Shown here piece by piece: positions 1 through 13,072 of a stretch of 64,000 bases of DNA. The position numbers were made by a program, and so were the translations under genes. This stretch comes from Trichoplax sp. H2 (Eukaryota): contig NOWV01000212.1 of the NCBI GenBank assembly GCA_003344405.1, positions 1 through 64,000 on the forward strand, written 5' to 3'. The notes beneath the pieces are model-generated. The model ran no database searches. It worked only from the letters and a program-made list of their open reading frames with translations, and was not told where the DNA came from. Position 1 is the stretch's first letter, and each line of letters begins with the position of its first letter.

Positions 1-3000
1 CTATAATTTATTTTCACAAACCCTATAGCTAATAATCACTGTTGGAAAACATATCTTCTATAGAGACAGTAGCAATTGCTGTTAGCATAAAAGAATGAAT
101 AGATTCACATCACGGATTATAACACAATTGGACGAATATTTATTATACCATGAGCCACGTACGTTAAAATATCACATATAAGAATTTCCACTTGATGCAA
201 TAATAAAAGTAATCACGCTTTAGAAATCATTGATGTGGAATTAATTTTGAACAATTTATATAGGAAAGAATTACAATGGATTTCGTGAAAGTATATGTAG
301 AGTTAGAACAGTGGAAATGGCCTGCCGATAATTAAGTAAGAATGCATTGATATTATGGGCATTAAATCAGTACTATGCTTGGAGTTTAGCTTTCAGAATT
401 GATACAAGATACACAAATTCTCTGAAAGGTTCCAGTAAATACTAGTACAAAATAGTACCGCTCGCATGTCACTGATTGATATCAAGTCTTCTAAGAATAG
501 AAATTCTACATTGATTATTATCTTCGCGTCAATTTAAAATATTAGATGAGGACCAATATAAAAGATTATGCCTGCAGTTATTGATACATTGTATTTCTTC
601 CGAGTATTATTGGAATAATCAACGTAAATGATTATTAATTTGTTATTACACTTTTTTATGATGACTGAAGTAAAAATTACTTCAATTTGCAGTCGGAATT
701 AACACTAACGCTATTCAAGACGTGAGATAAAACTCTCGGATAGGTGCCAACAAATTTTACCTAGAACACACTTTCTCCTTCAAAACTTAAGTCTGATAGT
801 TTATAGGGCTAATGAATAATCATGTAAGACTATTTTCCCGATCAACTTTGCTCAATTAATGAATTTGATTTGATTTTACATCAGAATATATTGTAAAGTT
901 TAAATACTCTAGCCGTTTCTAGATGACTGCACTGGAAATTAAAAGATAAACCTTAATTAATAAAAATCCTATCGGAACGTAATTAATCCTAGTGAAAAAG
1001 TAACTAATTGAAGTGGATTTCATTAGCAAGAGATTTTTTATTAGTTAGAGACCGTAACAGAAGCAAAGCATTTTAAATTAAGCTAGTAAGGCCAATTCAT
1101 TAGTTGAAGGCTTATAGTTTTTATTTTATCACATGAGTAGTTAAAAAAAGCACGACTTTTCCAAAGTAATCATTAAATTAAGTACTGAAAAAGTTATGTA
1201 CCATACTGAGTTGAACTTAAGTCATCTTTATATAGCATTGAGTAATCGAAATTTCTGAATCCGATATCGCATTCCGTCTTTCGCGTAATTTCCTTCAGAA
1301 ATTAACCTTAACGACTACCTATGATATATTTGAGTTATTAGATTCTGAAAGTTATTGTTTCGTTCTATTCATTGCATAATTTTTTCATGAATAAGCTTTG
1401 CTGATTGTTAACGTTAATTGAAATTATGGGTTTTTGAAGTCTATGTCAATACGAACACTACATATTGTACATTTCTTTCTCGACACGTATTATTGGCGAC
1501 AAAGATCTCATTTATTGATATACTTTCAGTTTAAAATTAAAACAGATAGTAATAGAAACTAAATCCAACTAGAAAGATATAGATGATAATAAATGTTTTT
1601 CTTATGCTGTATTGCTTCTATAATTAGCGTATCTGAAAGAAATATTTTATTTTTACAATACTCGTATATATGATGGAGAAATTGAACTTGCTAAACGAAT
1701 AAGTTTGGAATTATTTATGAATTGTTTCGATAAGCTAAATCGATTTAAAAGCTAGCAATCAATTCAGCATGAGCACACTAATATTTAATGTACTAGATTG
1801 AGCTTTATAAGGTAAGCAGTCACTCTACAAATAATATACTTTATTTCATATTTCATTATTAAGAACTTACTTTACTACTCTTCTTAATTATTAGATTCAA
1901 CAATATTTCAACTGCTATATTTCTTATACTACTTTAGATACTATCTTATACACTCTTGGCATGATCTAAATTAATTTTCCTGGTATTGTTCTGGGATATC
2001 ATCGTAGTTAGACCTTATTTAATGCTATATCGCCAATTTTAATTTAACAGTTATAAAAAATGTTACATTTACGAAATATAGAAAGTAAATAGGCAAAATT
2101 TGAAACTAGCAAATATCCAGATTTTACAACTTATAGGCCCAAAATTATTTTTTAAAGATCATTGGTAACTAGAACTTGTAAACTGATTAATCTTTCTTAA
2201 GATTAACTAGTTGCAATCGTACTCTTGACTTTGTAAACAGGTAAAATTATGCAGGCTGTGGTGAACTTCATCTTTCATAATTTCAATTATGTCAGAGCTA
2301 TAGCTATCGTAGGAATATAAGGTTTTTGAGATATTTTATCATCTGTGAGATATACATTGTCTGCATCATTATGCCATCGGAGTCTGGAAATAAAGGTGTA
2401 ATGAGAAGTTAAAATTCACAAGTTTATATTACGCACATGAATACACTATGCATATCGCTTTATCCTCTTGTCAGTGAATATAAAAATCTCCGGCTTCAAC
2501 ATCAAAAATAGTTAGCATCTCCAAAGCAGCACGCTCATATCATGAAACTGTCGCTAATGGATGTAAATCTAATGGTCAAAAGTATATATCGAGAAAATTA
2601 TTGAATACGTATTAAAATGATCCGAATTCACATCACTCATGATAACTTTTAATATAATAATCTTGATACTACAAAGTATCATATCTAAGTATAACTAGGC
2701 ATATTTGTAAAGAAACGTAGCCAATAACATTTTCACTCGTCAAGAAAGTCTTGAATGTGTTATGAATATTGCGATGTATCGATAAAGGTCAAAAGCTAAA
2801 ATGTCATCATCCAATTTATTCTAATATGACGGAAATTATAGCACTTCTCTAGCAAAACTATTGCTCCAGGAGAACAAATACCCCAATATACAATATTTTA
2901 ATGTATAACATAACATAGGTTTTATATATAAGCGAGATTTATTAATTCATGATCTACTTACATGATTTTCAAATATATTTATTTTGCAGTTATAATTAGG

Positions 3001-3105
3001 AATCTTAATATGCATACGAATATCAATCATATATTTCTATCATTGACTGACTTAATAGGATACTGAGATATTTTATGCCTTCAAAGTGATAGTTATCGCC
3101 ATGCG

Positions 3106-4173
3106 TTAATTATTTGGATTAAAACTATGAACCTCGGTAATAGTCCAACCGCTTCGCAATGGCGATATTGGTTGAATATGACGATGACGCCTACAAATAG
3201 TTAAAATGGATAAAAATCCCATTCGAAATGGACGTGCCCATTTTTTCAGCAAGGCTTTAGATATTGCTTTAATATCGCTATCCATGGCAAAAAATGATAT
3301 AGGATTGACGATTGAGATAGCCACGGTGGTTGCTAAAGAAATCATGGTTAAAATAGGATAAATGGGATTAATTCTCCCTAGTTGCCTTAGCGAGTTTCGA
3401 GTAATGGCAACAGTTAGTGTTGAAGCAAAACATGGCCAAGTAATGAGTACGTCTAGCGTAGTTATTACAATTAACATTTTGATTAACTTCCTCTTTTTTC
3501 TGTCCATAAATATGATGCGGTAAGGTCTAATCGGTCGCTTAAATCGCTTTAATTTATGAATAATGCGCCAGTATATTAAAACTAGGAGTACTGACGGTAT
3601 AAAATAAAAGAAGATGGAATGCATAATTAAGTAGATGGATAAATTGGGAGTAATAGGCCCGAAATCACAAAATGTCGGCTGATCTTTGTAGCTAATAACA
3701 GTATTAAAGAATGGAAATGAAATTAGTATTGCCAAAGCTACAATAACCAGTTCACTAATAAGTGCTGCATTACGACGAAGACAAGGTGAGCATGATTCAA
3801 GTGATTTGGAAATGGTCAAATAATGACCAATTGCAATTATGCATAAAGTCATAGTGGAAACGCCATAAGAAATTGACATAGTTGAAATAATGACTTTGCA
3901 TATTAATTGGCCGAGTATTGCATTACTAATATTACTGATGTTATAAGCATAATTCACTGTTAGCATTAAATCAGTTGTAAGGTCAGAAAAAACAGAAATA
4001 CAAATTAAATGATAGGTAAATCGAGAACGAAAGCAGCGATGGCTAATTATGACTATAAATAAGAACATATTTAGACATAAGCCCAAAGTAGAGATTGAGA
4101 TGGCTACTTTAGACGTTGAAATAAAAGTAAAGTTGCTGTATTTATCATTACTGTAGGAAGAATTATTGGCCAT
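3106..4173 (-). CDS. Intronless class A (rhodopsin-like) 7TM GPCR, divergent copy 1 (355 aa from the first ATG)
   Basis: Seven hydrophobic segments, N-glycosylation sequons at the N-terminus (NNS, NFT), TM1 GLCLN, TM2 SD, TM3 Cys (LICK), ECL2 Cys (FCDF), TM5 FIP..Y, TM7 NP. DRY is replaced by GHY and NPxxY by NPISF. The ORF track starts at a GTG (4179); the first ATG is at 4173. Confidence 0.9.
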   Translation of the reverse strand: MANNSSYSNDKYSNFTFISTSKVAISISTLGLCLNMFLFIVIISHRCFRSRFTYHLICISVFSDLTTDLMLTVNYAYNISNISNAILGQLICKVIISTMSISYGVSTMTLCIIAIGHYLTISKSLESCSPCLRRNAALISELVIVALAILISFPFFNTVISYKDQPTFCDFGPITPNLSIYLIMHSIFFYFIPSVLLVLIYWRIIHKLKRFKRPIRPYRIIFMDRKKRKLIKMLIVITTLDVLITWPCFASTLTVAITRNSLRQLGRINPIYPILTMISLATTVAISIVNPISFFAMDSDIKAISKALLKKWARPFRMGFLSILTICRRHRHIQPISPLRSGWTITEVHSFNPNN

Positions 4174-7100
4174 AATCACATTTAAAAATATTATTCAAAT
4201 GAAAATTGATATTAAATGTTGATTTTGATTTAAATGTATCCGTACTCTGCCTTCGATTTTCTGCCAATTATCGCACATTCTAAATCACTTGGCTAATAAA
4301 ATGAACAAAAATCTTGCGCTGCAGTCTAGTTAATAGATGCTATACTGTAGGTTCGATCATAAGAAAATTGAATTTCAGATTATAAAATATGATTGGTGCA
4401 TTTGTATACTATGTCATTTAATTGAAAGATGAAGATAAAGTTTTATATTGAATAGAAACATCTATAGAGATCACTGAAAGTTTTTTTATGACAATTTACT
4501 ACCTATGATAAGAATAATTACTCCTCTAATATCGCCACCTCTAAATTACAATTAACACCAAAAATAGATATTATAACAGACAACTTATTTTTAAATATTA
4601 TTTGTTGAAGTATTAACTGCAGTGCAAGATTAAAATGTACTTAATTTATTATTAGCAACTATTGATTATTTTACCAAGTTACATAAAAGGATGCTGCTTT
4701 TTATATTATATTAATATAATGAATTGCTATTCCTTTGAACTTCTATTACTCTGACATATGTCTTTATCTGTTATTGAAATAAAATTCTATGTAATCAAGA
4801 ATGTCACTTTATATCTCAAATACTTGATCTTGGTTCTTAGCTATAACTATTTTTAAATGAGGAAAGCGCTTTAATTCTTTGCACTATAATTAATGCTTAT
4901 ACCACTGCAAGTATGGTACCTCTTAAACTATAAAATTTAGAGATTTTCACATCAGTTCAATTCGTTTCGGGTGAGGAAAGCTTTTCAATTATTAAACTAT
5001 TATCCATTTGCAAATGTCCATAAATTTCAACTTAAATACTGTTGAAGGGTAAATTGTTCAACATCAATCAATTTTATTGCTATTGCAATAAATAGAAATT
5101 AGAAATTATAAAGCTTTCATTTCAAGTTATTTTTAACAAATATATTTATAATGATAATTTTAGCAAATTTTTTCTTAAAGAGCAATTAGCATCTGAAAAA
5201 GACCGACGCTACTAGACGAGTGTCAAATTTTATTTTTATCGCAATGAAGAAAACACAAGATTTGATATTACATTATTGTAAGTGTAACGGTAGAAAATGA
5301 ATAGTGGACCTTTCATCAATTTTATGAATACTTATTAGGAAGAGCAGCATATTTACATTTTGATAAATACCCATAATATGATTGATAGAAGCAACGCTAA
5401 ATAAAATAAAATTAATAGATGGACTCGTTTAAAGTGTAAAAGATGACAAACTTTACTTATGCATATTGTATTTCTCGATAAATTAGGTAATGATTTTGTT
5501 TATTAGTGTCGGAAACTACATTAAAGCCATTTAAGCTTCCGATTTTTTGATATTCTAATTGCCAAGCTGTAAAATTAGCAATAGACTGAGATGTCAACTG
5601 GTATCTCTTCATACTCAATTTGATAATTGAGTAATTAAAATATGCATTTAAATGAATCAATGAATCTTTTCATTGCATTCCTTAATGAGCTTCCGATCAG
5701 TAAGATAAAAATGGTTTTTTATTGCTTATTGAGGCCGGTAGTAACCGAATTTTCGTTTTCTATTCGTACACTCAAAAGATGACATCTGGCTTTATCTAGT
5801 TAAAATATTAAAACTATTTTAAGCCAGAATAGTATAAGATAATTTAGTTATGTTGACTTTATCAGATTCCTTTTGGCTATAATTTTAAACAATACTCTAG
5901 ATTTATTTACAGAAATTAAAGAAATTAAAATAATAGTAACTAATTTGAAATATCATTTACAGTAGTAGAGAATAGATACATAAAATAGTCATAGCGTATA
6001 TCTTAAATGAAAGACTCCAATTCTCATAGACAACATTTAGATAAAATGCTTGATAGTTATATCAACACTATACCCGAAAAATCCTCCACAAATTAATCTG
6101 AAGAATAGATTATTAAACAGAAGTCCTTCCTATAAATTATCGTTAAGTAGGTTAGGATATAGTCTAGATTTATCTGTACTTAAAGTTAAAACGAAGCTAA
6201 ATAAATATTTCATCTACATAAAATGCCTCTGAATAAAAGACATATGACTAAAGAACAAAAGACATTCTTGATAAGATATATAATCATACACGCTAAATCT
6301 AGGTTGATTGCTCTAGAAGCGGTTTGAAATAAATTAAGTTTTAATAACTGCATCGAGAATATCAGTTAAGCAATATCAGCTTAGGAATAATAAGCAGAAA
6401 AGAAAAATTCTCATTTAGGCGCAGAGACATCATATTAGAGTAATGCCTTTTTAACATGTTTCTAAATTTGTAAGGCTACTTTGCCCTACTCAGAAGCACT
6501 ATTTCACTACAATACGCCGGGATCATAGAATTTGATATGAGTTTTTAAAGACTTCGGGCGAAATCAAGTTAAGAAATTTTTGAAACAGTGCGGCTATAAG
6601 CAATTGCAAGTAAGCTGTAATGGATAAATCATTCTTGTATTAATTGATAAAAATCAATGTTTCAAATGAAGCTTTAGTATCTGAAATGGTGGATGAACAT
6701 TTGCAGTACTAAAATAAACCTTTCTTATGCACATCCATAAGGTATATAAGAAAGTCATAATTTTTTTAGATATATCTACCGGAAAAAATCCGAATAGGGT
6801 CCGTCCACTTAAAATTGCTACAAATAAAAGTATGCGTAGAAGTAATGTTTATAGAAAATCTAATCTGTAACTAAACCGTAAACATAACTGATTCATACAC
6901 ATTTAACTTTTAATACTCGGTTTTGATCTAATAAGATGCCACGATACCAAAATATACATATATGTAGGTAGGAATATTCTTGATACACTGTACTAGTAAT
7001 TCATCTTCAAACTTTGCATCGTTTTAAGTTATCATACGTTAGTTATCTCCTAATTAGAATTGCTAGAATGCTAGACGAGTCTAGCAGAATTTGCTGTAAG

Positions 7101-9691
7101 GCAATAAGATATAGAATTAGATCAGACAGCAATTAGTACAGAAATTTTAATTCTGCAAAGATGTAAGGTTGCTAAATAACCTTAACAAAACGTTTAGCGT
7201 ATTTAGCGTTTTTCTATTGAATATAAGGATTTATTTACTCTTAGTTCTTGGCTACCGTCTGGTACTGGATGTGATTGTAGTAAATAAAATATTTTGGTTA
7301 AACAACTATATTATTTACTTTTCACTAAAAGCCATAAAACAATGACTACAGATTACAACATATACTCTACCTTTAATGTGTGCTATCGATTCAGGATTAA
7401 AGATATACTTTTGATTATTTTTTCTTATAAGGATATTAGCGTTCATTAAACGTACTGAATTGAATAGTCTATTATTAAATGTATTAAATTACTAACTTAT
7501 TTACTCATTACATACCGTACGATTAGATTTCGTAACATTACTTTATTATTACACTTATTTAATTGGTTGATCATTAATTGAAATTTTAAAAAATCGAAAC
7601 ACTTTATCTCGTTTAACCTAATAGAATGTTGCTTTATTAGCTAGGATTTCATTAAGTTATTTTAGTATCATAATTTTGAGGCACTCTTCATTTAATGAAT
7701 TTCTTCCAACGCAATTTCGGATCTTACTAGTATAATAACTTGCTTTGCATTTTATCAGTTAGATACGATAATGGCCAAAAATTATAACTTATGATCTTGA
7801 TTTGATGTTTGTCTTATTAGAAAAAACTATAGATTAGGAAGTAGAGCTTGCTATACGGAAGCACGTGTAGTCTGCAAACTTATGGAGCTAAAATTATTAA
7901 AACTATAAAGTGTAATGTAAAACAAAGATGTACAAAATCCTATCATTGACTAAAATTGATACTTGGTAATTATAACACTCCTATAATGAGATAGTAGACC
8001 TTTAAACAACTTTTCCAATGCTTAATTATCAATTACTTAGCCGATGATGGTTCAAAGATTATAAAGTTTACGCATGTTTTGTATAGCTTTGCTCAAGCAA
8101 TTTTAGAATATAGGCTTGTAATACCAGTTACACTTAATTTATAAAATTTTTTGGCTTCCTACCTTATCTATTTTATTCGTTCTTTCCATTTAAGAAATAA
8201 ATTTCAATTTGTAAAAAAATTGTATTTAATACTGCAAATTATAGCAATCAGCTTGACGTCAAGTTAGGTTATTGTAGGCATCTACTTATCGTACTGTACA
8301 ACTCTAAATCCTGGTAGTCTGCGATCTCATCGCCGGTAGATTGTAATAGCTAATCAAACGTAATACAAGTATAATTAATACCAGTAAATTTTTACTTAAG
8401 TAAACTTTGTTACGGCTGTTATTCTACAACTACTCCCTAGCTCTACCATTTTAATATCGGAAGCCTCTGGGTTCTTCGATTATTTATTATTCAAAGCTCT
8501 CTTCATAGGATAGTTATTATCATTATCCTTATTTTTGATTCAGTTTTTAAGCCTCAGTAGACAGTTTACCGTAGTTCTAAAATTAAATAGAAAATACCGA
8601 AATTTTGGATTGTATTTTCTCTTTAACATGAATTAACTATTTATTAAACCTACTCGGTAGGAATGATCAAAACAATTTATTACTACATTTAAACTTCAGC
8701 CTATTACCTGCTCTTACCTGCTCGAAAGTGGTTAAGGTAAACCAGATTATCGACTTAGTCTCTACGGTAACAATTCCATATTATCTAACAGTTATATTAA
8801 AGCATTACACAAAAGCATCAACTTATATAGCTATCTACTGCAGCCTTATACTCGCATAATACGAATAGCAAATGTACACAGTTTCACTATTAACAACCAT
8901 GAAATTACTTTATAAGCATAGCAGACTATTCTACTTCTTAATGCTACCTTACTTCAATAACTACTGTAATTAGCTGAAACTCCTACACCTGAGTTAGCAG
9001 GTAAAAGTTGCTTTATAATAAAATATATCTTCAAATAAGGGTATGGTTTATACAAGTAATTTAACCTTAAAATTAATACTACTGATTACCAATAGCGGAA
9101 AAGTCTAAAAATAAGAATATTAATCATGTTTTAGGATAAATTTTATTCAAAAATTTTAGATTGTGGTACTTTAATCTTATTTCTTATAGAAAGCAATCTT
9201 CAATCCTATCACTAGGTAAATAATTAAATGCATTTTGTACGTAAGAGAGCTATTAAAAATATTACATACTATTAATTGAAAAAAAACATTCTAGTTATAG
9301 TTTAGGTCATTATAGAGTAAAAATGTGATAATATGTTATTATAGCACTCGCGATAATATTACGTTTGTTAAGCTTATACTGGTATACTAAAATAAAATAA
9401 CAAATTTCAGCCCAATTTCCTGTCACAATGTGTACAGCAAAACTCTTCCTTAGGTTGTTTTTATGTAGGTCACGAAAATCTATTAAAATCACTAACATGA
9501 CTAACGATTGATTATATATTATTTATGATTTGAGATTAATCTTGTAAGTTGTTCTATATTAATATAAAAGCTCTTAGAAACGTAAAATGAAATAGAAAAA
9601 TGATACAATACTAAAAATGCATTCATAACGCGGATATCTTAAGATTTGTCGCTAATAACTGTAATAACAAAAAATGAACATGTATTAAAAA

Positions 9692-10666
9692 TTATTTATC
9701 CCGCGCAGAAACCATTATTGGATGAGAATGTCTGGTACAAGGAAGAAATATTTTTAGAAACAGAAATGATGCTCTTCTAATATGAACATCAAATTTAAGA
9801 TAAAGAATGGGATTAATAATGCTAATCGCAACAGTGATTGAAAAAGAGAAATAAGCCAATAAAAAATAAACTTGATTCACTTTCCGCAGATATTGGATAG
9901 GGACTCGAGTTATTGCTATACCTACTAATGTAGCAAAAAATGGCCATGACATCAAAATATAGCATGATGTCACCGTTATTAACATCTTAACAAATTTTCG
10001 ACGAACAATATGATCAATCTCTTGCTCATGATTAAAATTGGCAGGCCTGATATATTTCTTGGTAAAGTTGATAATTTTTCGATACAAAAAGACCATAATT
10101 GTTGTCGGTAGAATGTATAATATTGTAGTAACTAGATACAGAAAAGTTGAAACCTTAGATGTAATGATAGGAAAATCGCATAATTTAGTCCCATTCTCAT
10201 AAACACCAACTACATCAAAGATAGGTAATGCAGTTGACAGAGCTAAAATCCAGACGATGATTTGCCCTATAAGTATAAAATGTTGTTGTATAGAATGGTA
10301 AAGTCGAGTAGTAGGTTTAGTGATAACTAAGTAGCGATCGATAGCAATTAAGCATAGTGTCATGATCGATATACCGTATGAGCTAGTAGCAGAGTAAAAT
10401 ATAATTTGGCATAATAACGTTGCTAATTGGTAGTCGATACTATCTTTTAATGTAAAGAAGTAATTAATAGTTAAGGTTAAGTTAGATATAATGTCTGATA
10501 TGAGAGAGATTCGAATTAAGTGATAGGTTCGCTTATTAAAATATTTATCGATAGAAATGACAATAGTAAGGAAGATATTTAAAATCAATCCTAACATAGT
10601 CAAAGGTATCACTAGGATGGCCGCATTAAAACATCCACTAAGGCTCTTGTTGGTACAATTATTCAT
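9692..10666 (-). CDS. Intronless class A GPCR, copy 2 (324 aa from the first ATG)
   Basis: 7TM pattern with GLILN, SD, LLCQ, IAIDRY, W in TM4, LCDFP, YILP, SWPFF and NPILY. The ORF track starts at a TTG (10675); the first ATG is at 10666. Confidence 0.93.
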   Translation of the reverse strand: MNNCTNKSLSGCFNAAILVIPLTMLGLILNIFLTIVISIDKYFNKRTYHLIRISLISDIISNLTLTINYFFTLKDSIDYQLATLLCQIIFYSATSSYGISIMTLCLIAIDRYLVITKPTTRLYHSIQQHFILIGQIIVWILALSTALPIFDVVGVYENGTKLCDFPIITSKVSTFLYLVTTILYILPTTIMVFLYRKIINFTKKYIRPANFNHEQEIDHIVRRKFVKMLITVTSCYILMSWPFFATLVGIAITRVPIQYLRKVNQVYFLLAYFSFSITVAISIINPILYLKFDVHIRRASFLFLKIFLPCTRHSHPIMVSARDK

Positions 10667-11180
10667 AATAGCCAATAATAGTTATAATGCTTTTATCGTA
10701 GCGCAAAAACTTATAGATCCAGGCATCTATTAACACACCATGCCGTACACAATATCTGGCACCAGTGATTCAGTATCGACTGCAGTCTGATGGCTCAATT
10801 TTTACTTACGAACATCTCCACTTTGAAATCCCGTTAAAATATTTTGATATCTAATAAAAATTTTCTATTATATCAAATATTTTAATTGTGATTCCTGTGC
10901 AACATGTCAGATTTGGAGATTTATTATATGATTATTCAAAATTTGCAAAGGAAGATGATTTTCTAATTATAGTGCTTTTTTCTCTTAAATTAAAGGATAA
11001 TAAAGAAATAAAAATATGATAGACGCGAAATTTTCGATAAGCTATGTATCAGTGTATTAAGATATTCAATAACATAAACGTATAATATATAACAGTTTGA
11101 CTAGTGGTTGTTATTAAGATATCTATGGCTCCAAAATATTCTTTTCATCTAATCACGATATATCAATTTGTTCTACGGTA

Positions 11181-11210
11181 TAGTAATTAATATTTATTTA
11201 GTTTCATTAA
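11181..11210 (-). promoter_or_regulatory. Conserved non-coding block upstream of GPCR copy 2 (homologs at 17287 and 23009)
   Basis: A tag(c/t)aat(a/t)aatattt..ttt(a/g)gtttcatt block lies 515, 515 and 521 bp upstream of the ATG of copies 2, 3 and 4. A regulatory role is inferred. Confidence 0.45.
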
Positions 11211-11833
11211 CGACAGAAATGCATACAATAAGTAAAATTTTGTTTTACTTTCATTAAACGAAAACACACGCAATATTATAATTAAGTATTTGACATCTTT
11301 CAATTATGAACGAATCACATTGCTACTAAATAACTTATCTTATAAGGCAAAAAAATCATTTGCGATATTTTTCGCAATTACGTAACATTTCAAAGATATT
11401 TTATTTTCAAATAACTGATATACAGCACTGTCAGTAAGTCTAAATTACGATAATTGTAATGAATTCAATAAAAGGCTCATACTCAAATACTATCCATATT
11501 TTTACTAAAGTGGAAACCAGAATGCAATACGCTCCTTTGCAATATTTATTCAGATTGAATAATTATAGGAGCAAAGCGTAGTTAAATTACCGGATTTATA
11601 TTGTTTTTACGACATCGTTGACTTTTGTTCCAAGAATAAGGGTACGGAAATAAGTTACTAACTTGTGTAGCTTGCTGCATTCAATTAGAGTAGCCGGTTT
11701 CCTCTAGTCATTATTTAAAATAAGAGATATCTGCAAAGGCTGCCAAATAACTTGTGGCCAGTGCAGTGCCGATAAGCAGAATAAATTTGAATTAATTTGC
11801 TAACCTATCGTAAATCCAAGTATCTTATCCAAA

Positions 11834-13072
11834 AAGAAATTCACGGATGAAGCTGTTCATTGATAATATATGACAAAGTCAATTCATTTTAAGCTTGTAA
11901 GTATGAATGTTGCTAGATATAAATTGCATCGGCTTTCAGTACTTTTAACATAGTACTATTCAATTCTAAAACGCAACTATCAATGCGATCTTAAAACATA
12001 AAGTAGGTCGTCTAGAATACATAACCTTATTACGCTGTTGATGATATTTTTAATCGCCTAACTATCCTATTATGAATTTAAACCAAGGTTTTTTTCGTTT
12101 ACGCTCATGTTATTTAATCGAATAGGAGCGTACGCCAATGTTAGCATCAAATGGCAAGAGTATGCTTTTGGTTTGATTGAAACAATATGTTAGATATTCA
12201 TCCATATCATTTAAGGGAATTCAGTAGTTGTATAAGATCATCGCCTGACGATTGAAATTGTAAAAATATTCCACTGTCAGTTATCTGGATATCAGAATGA
12301 GTCCAGAAGTAACGTATATACAATCTATACATGATAGAAACTGGCAACCAGAGATTCCGATCCCAAAGGAAATTCATGGATGAAGCTGTTCATCGATAAT
12401 ATCTGATAAAGTCAATTCCTTTTAAGCTTGTAAGTATGAATGTTGCTAGATATAAATTGCATCGGCTTTCAGTACTTTTAACGTAGTACTATTCATTTTT
12501 AAAACGCAACTATCAATGTGATTGTCACAAATCTCCTCTGCGACACTTGTACTATCAAGGCTAACAACTACTAACCTACTTACTGTTACCGACTATTCTT
12601 CAAACTAACTCTTAATGAATAGTGCAGACTAAGACTAACTTTCTTAATCACAGTGAGAGACTATTTGATAGCGTTTAGAGTTACTTTATTATTTATCAGC
12701 TCAGATCACTAACTAGATCAACTATAAAAACTCTCTATTTGTTTATTACGCTGTCGATGATATTTTTAATCGCCTAACTATCCTATTATGAATTTAAACC
12801 AAGGTTTTTTTCGTTTACTCACATGTTACTTAATCGAATAGGAGCGCACGCCAATGTTAGCATCAAAATGGCAAGAGTAGGCTTTTGGTTTGGTTGAAAC
12901 AATATGTTAGATATTCATCCATATCATTTAAGGGAATTCAGTAGTTGTATAAGATCGTTACCTGACGATTGAAATTGTAAAATATTCCACTGTCAGTTAT
13001 CTGGATATCAGAATGAGTCCAGAAGTAACGTATATACAGCCTATACATGATAGAAACTAGCAACCAGAGATT
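11834..13072. repeat. Local tandem duplication (~520 bp); copy 2 carries a ~220-bp replacement insert
   Basis: 11834-12356 is near-identical to 12367-13072 (ggatgaagctgttcat...caaccagagatt). About 37 bp of copy 1 (11990-12026) are replaced in copy 2 by unrelated sequence at 12523-12742. Confidence 0.9.
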
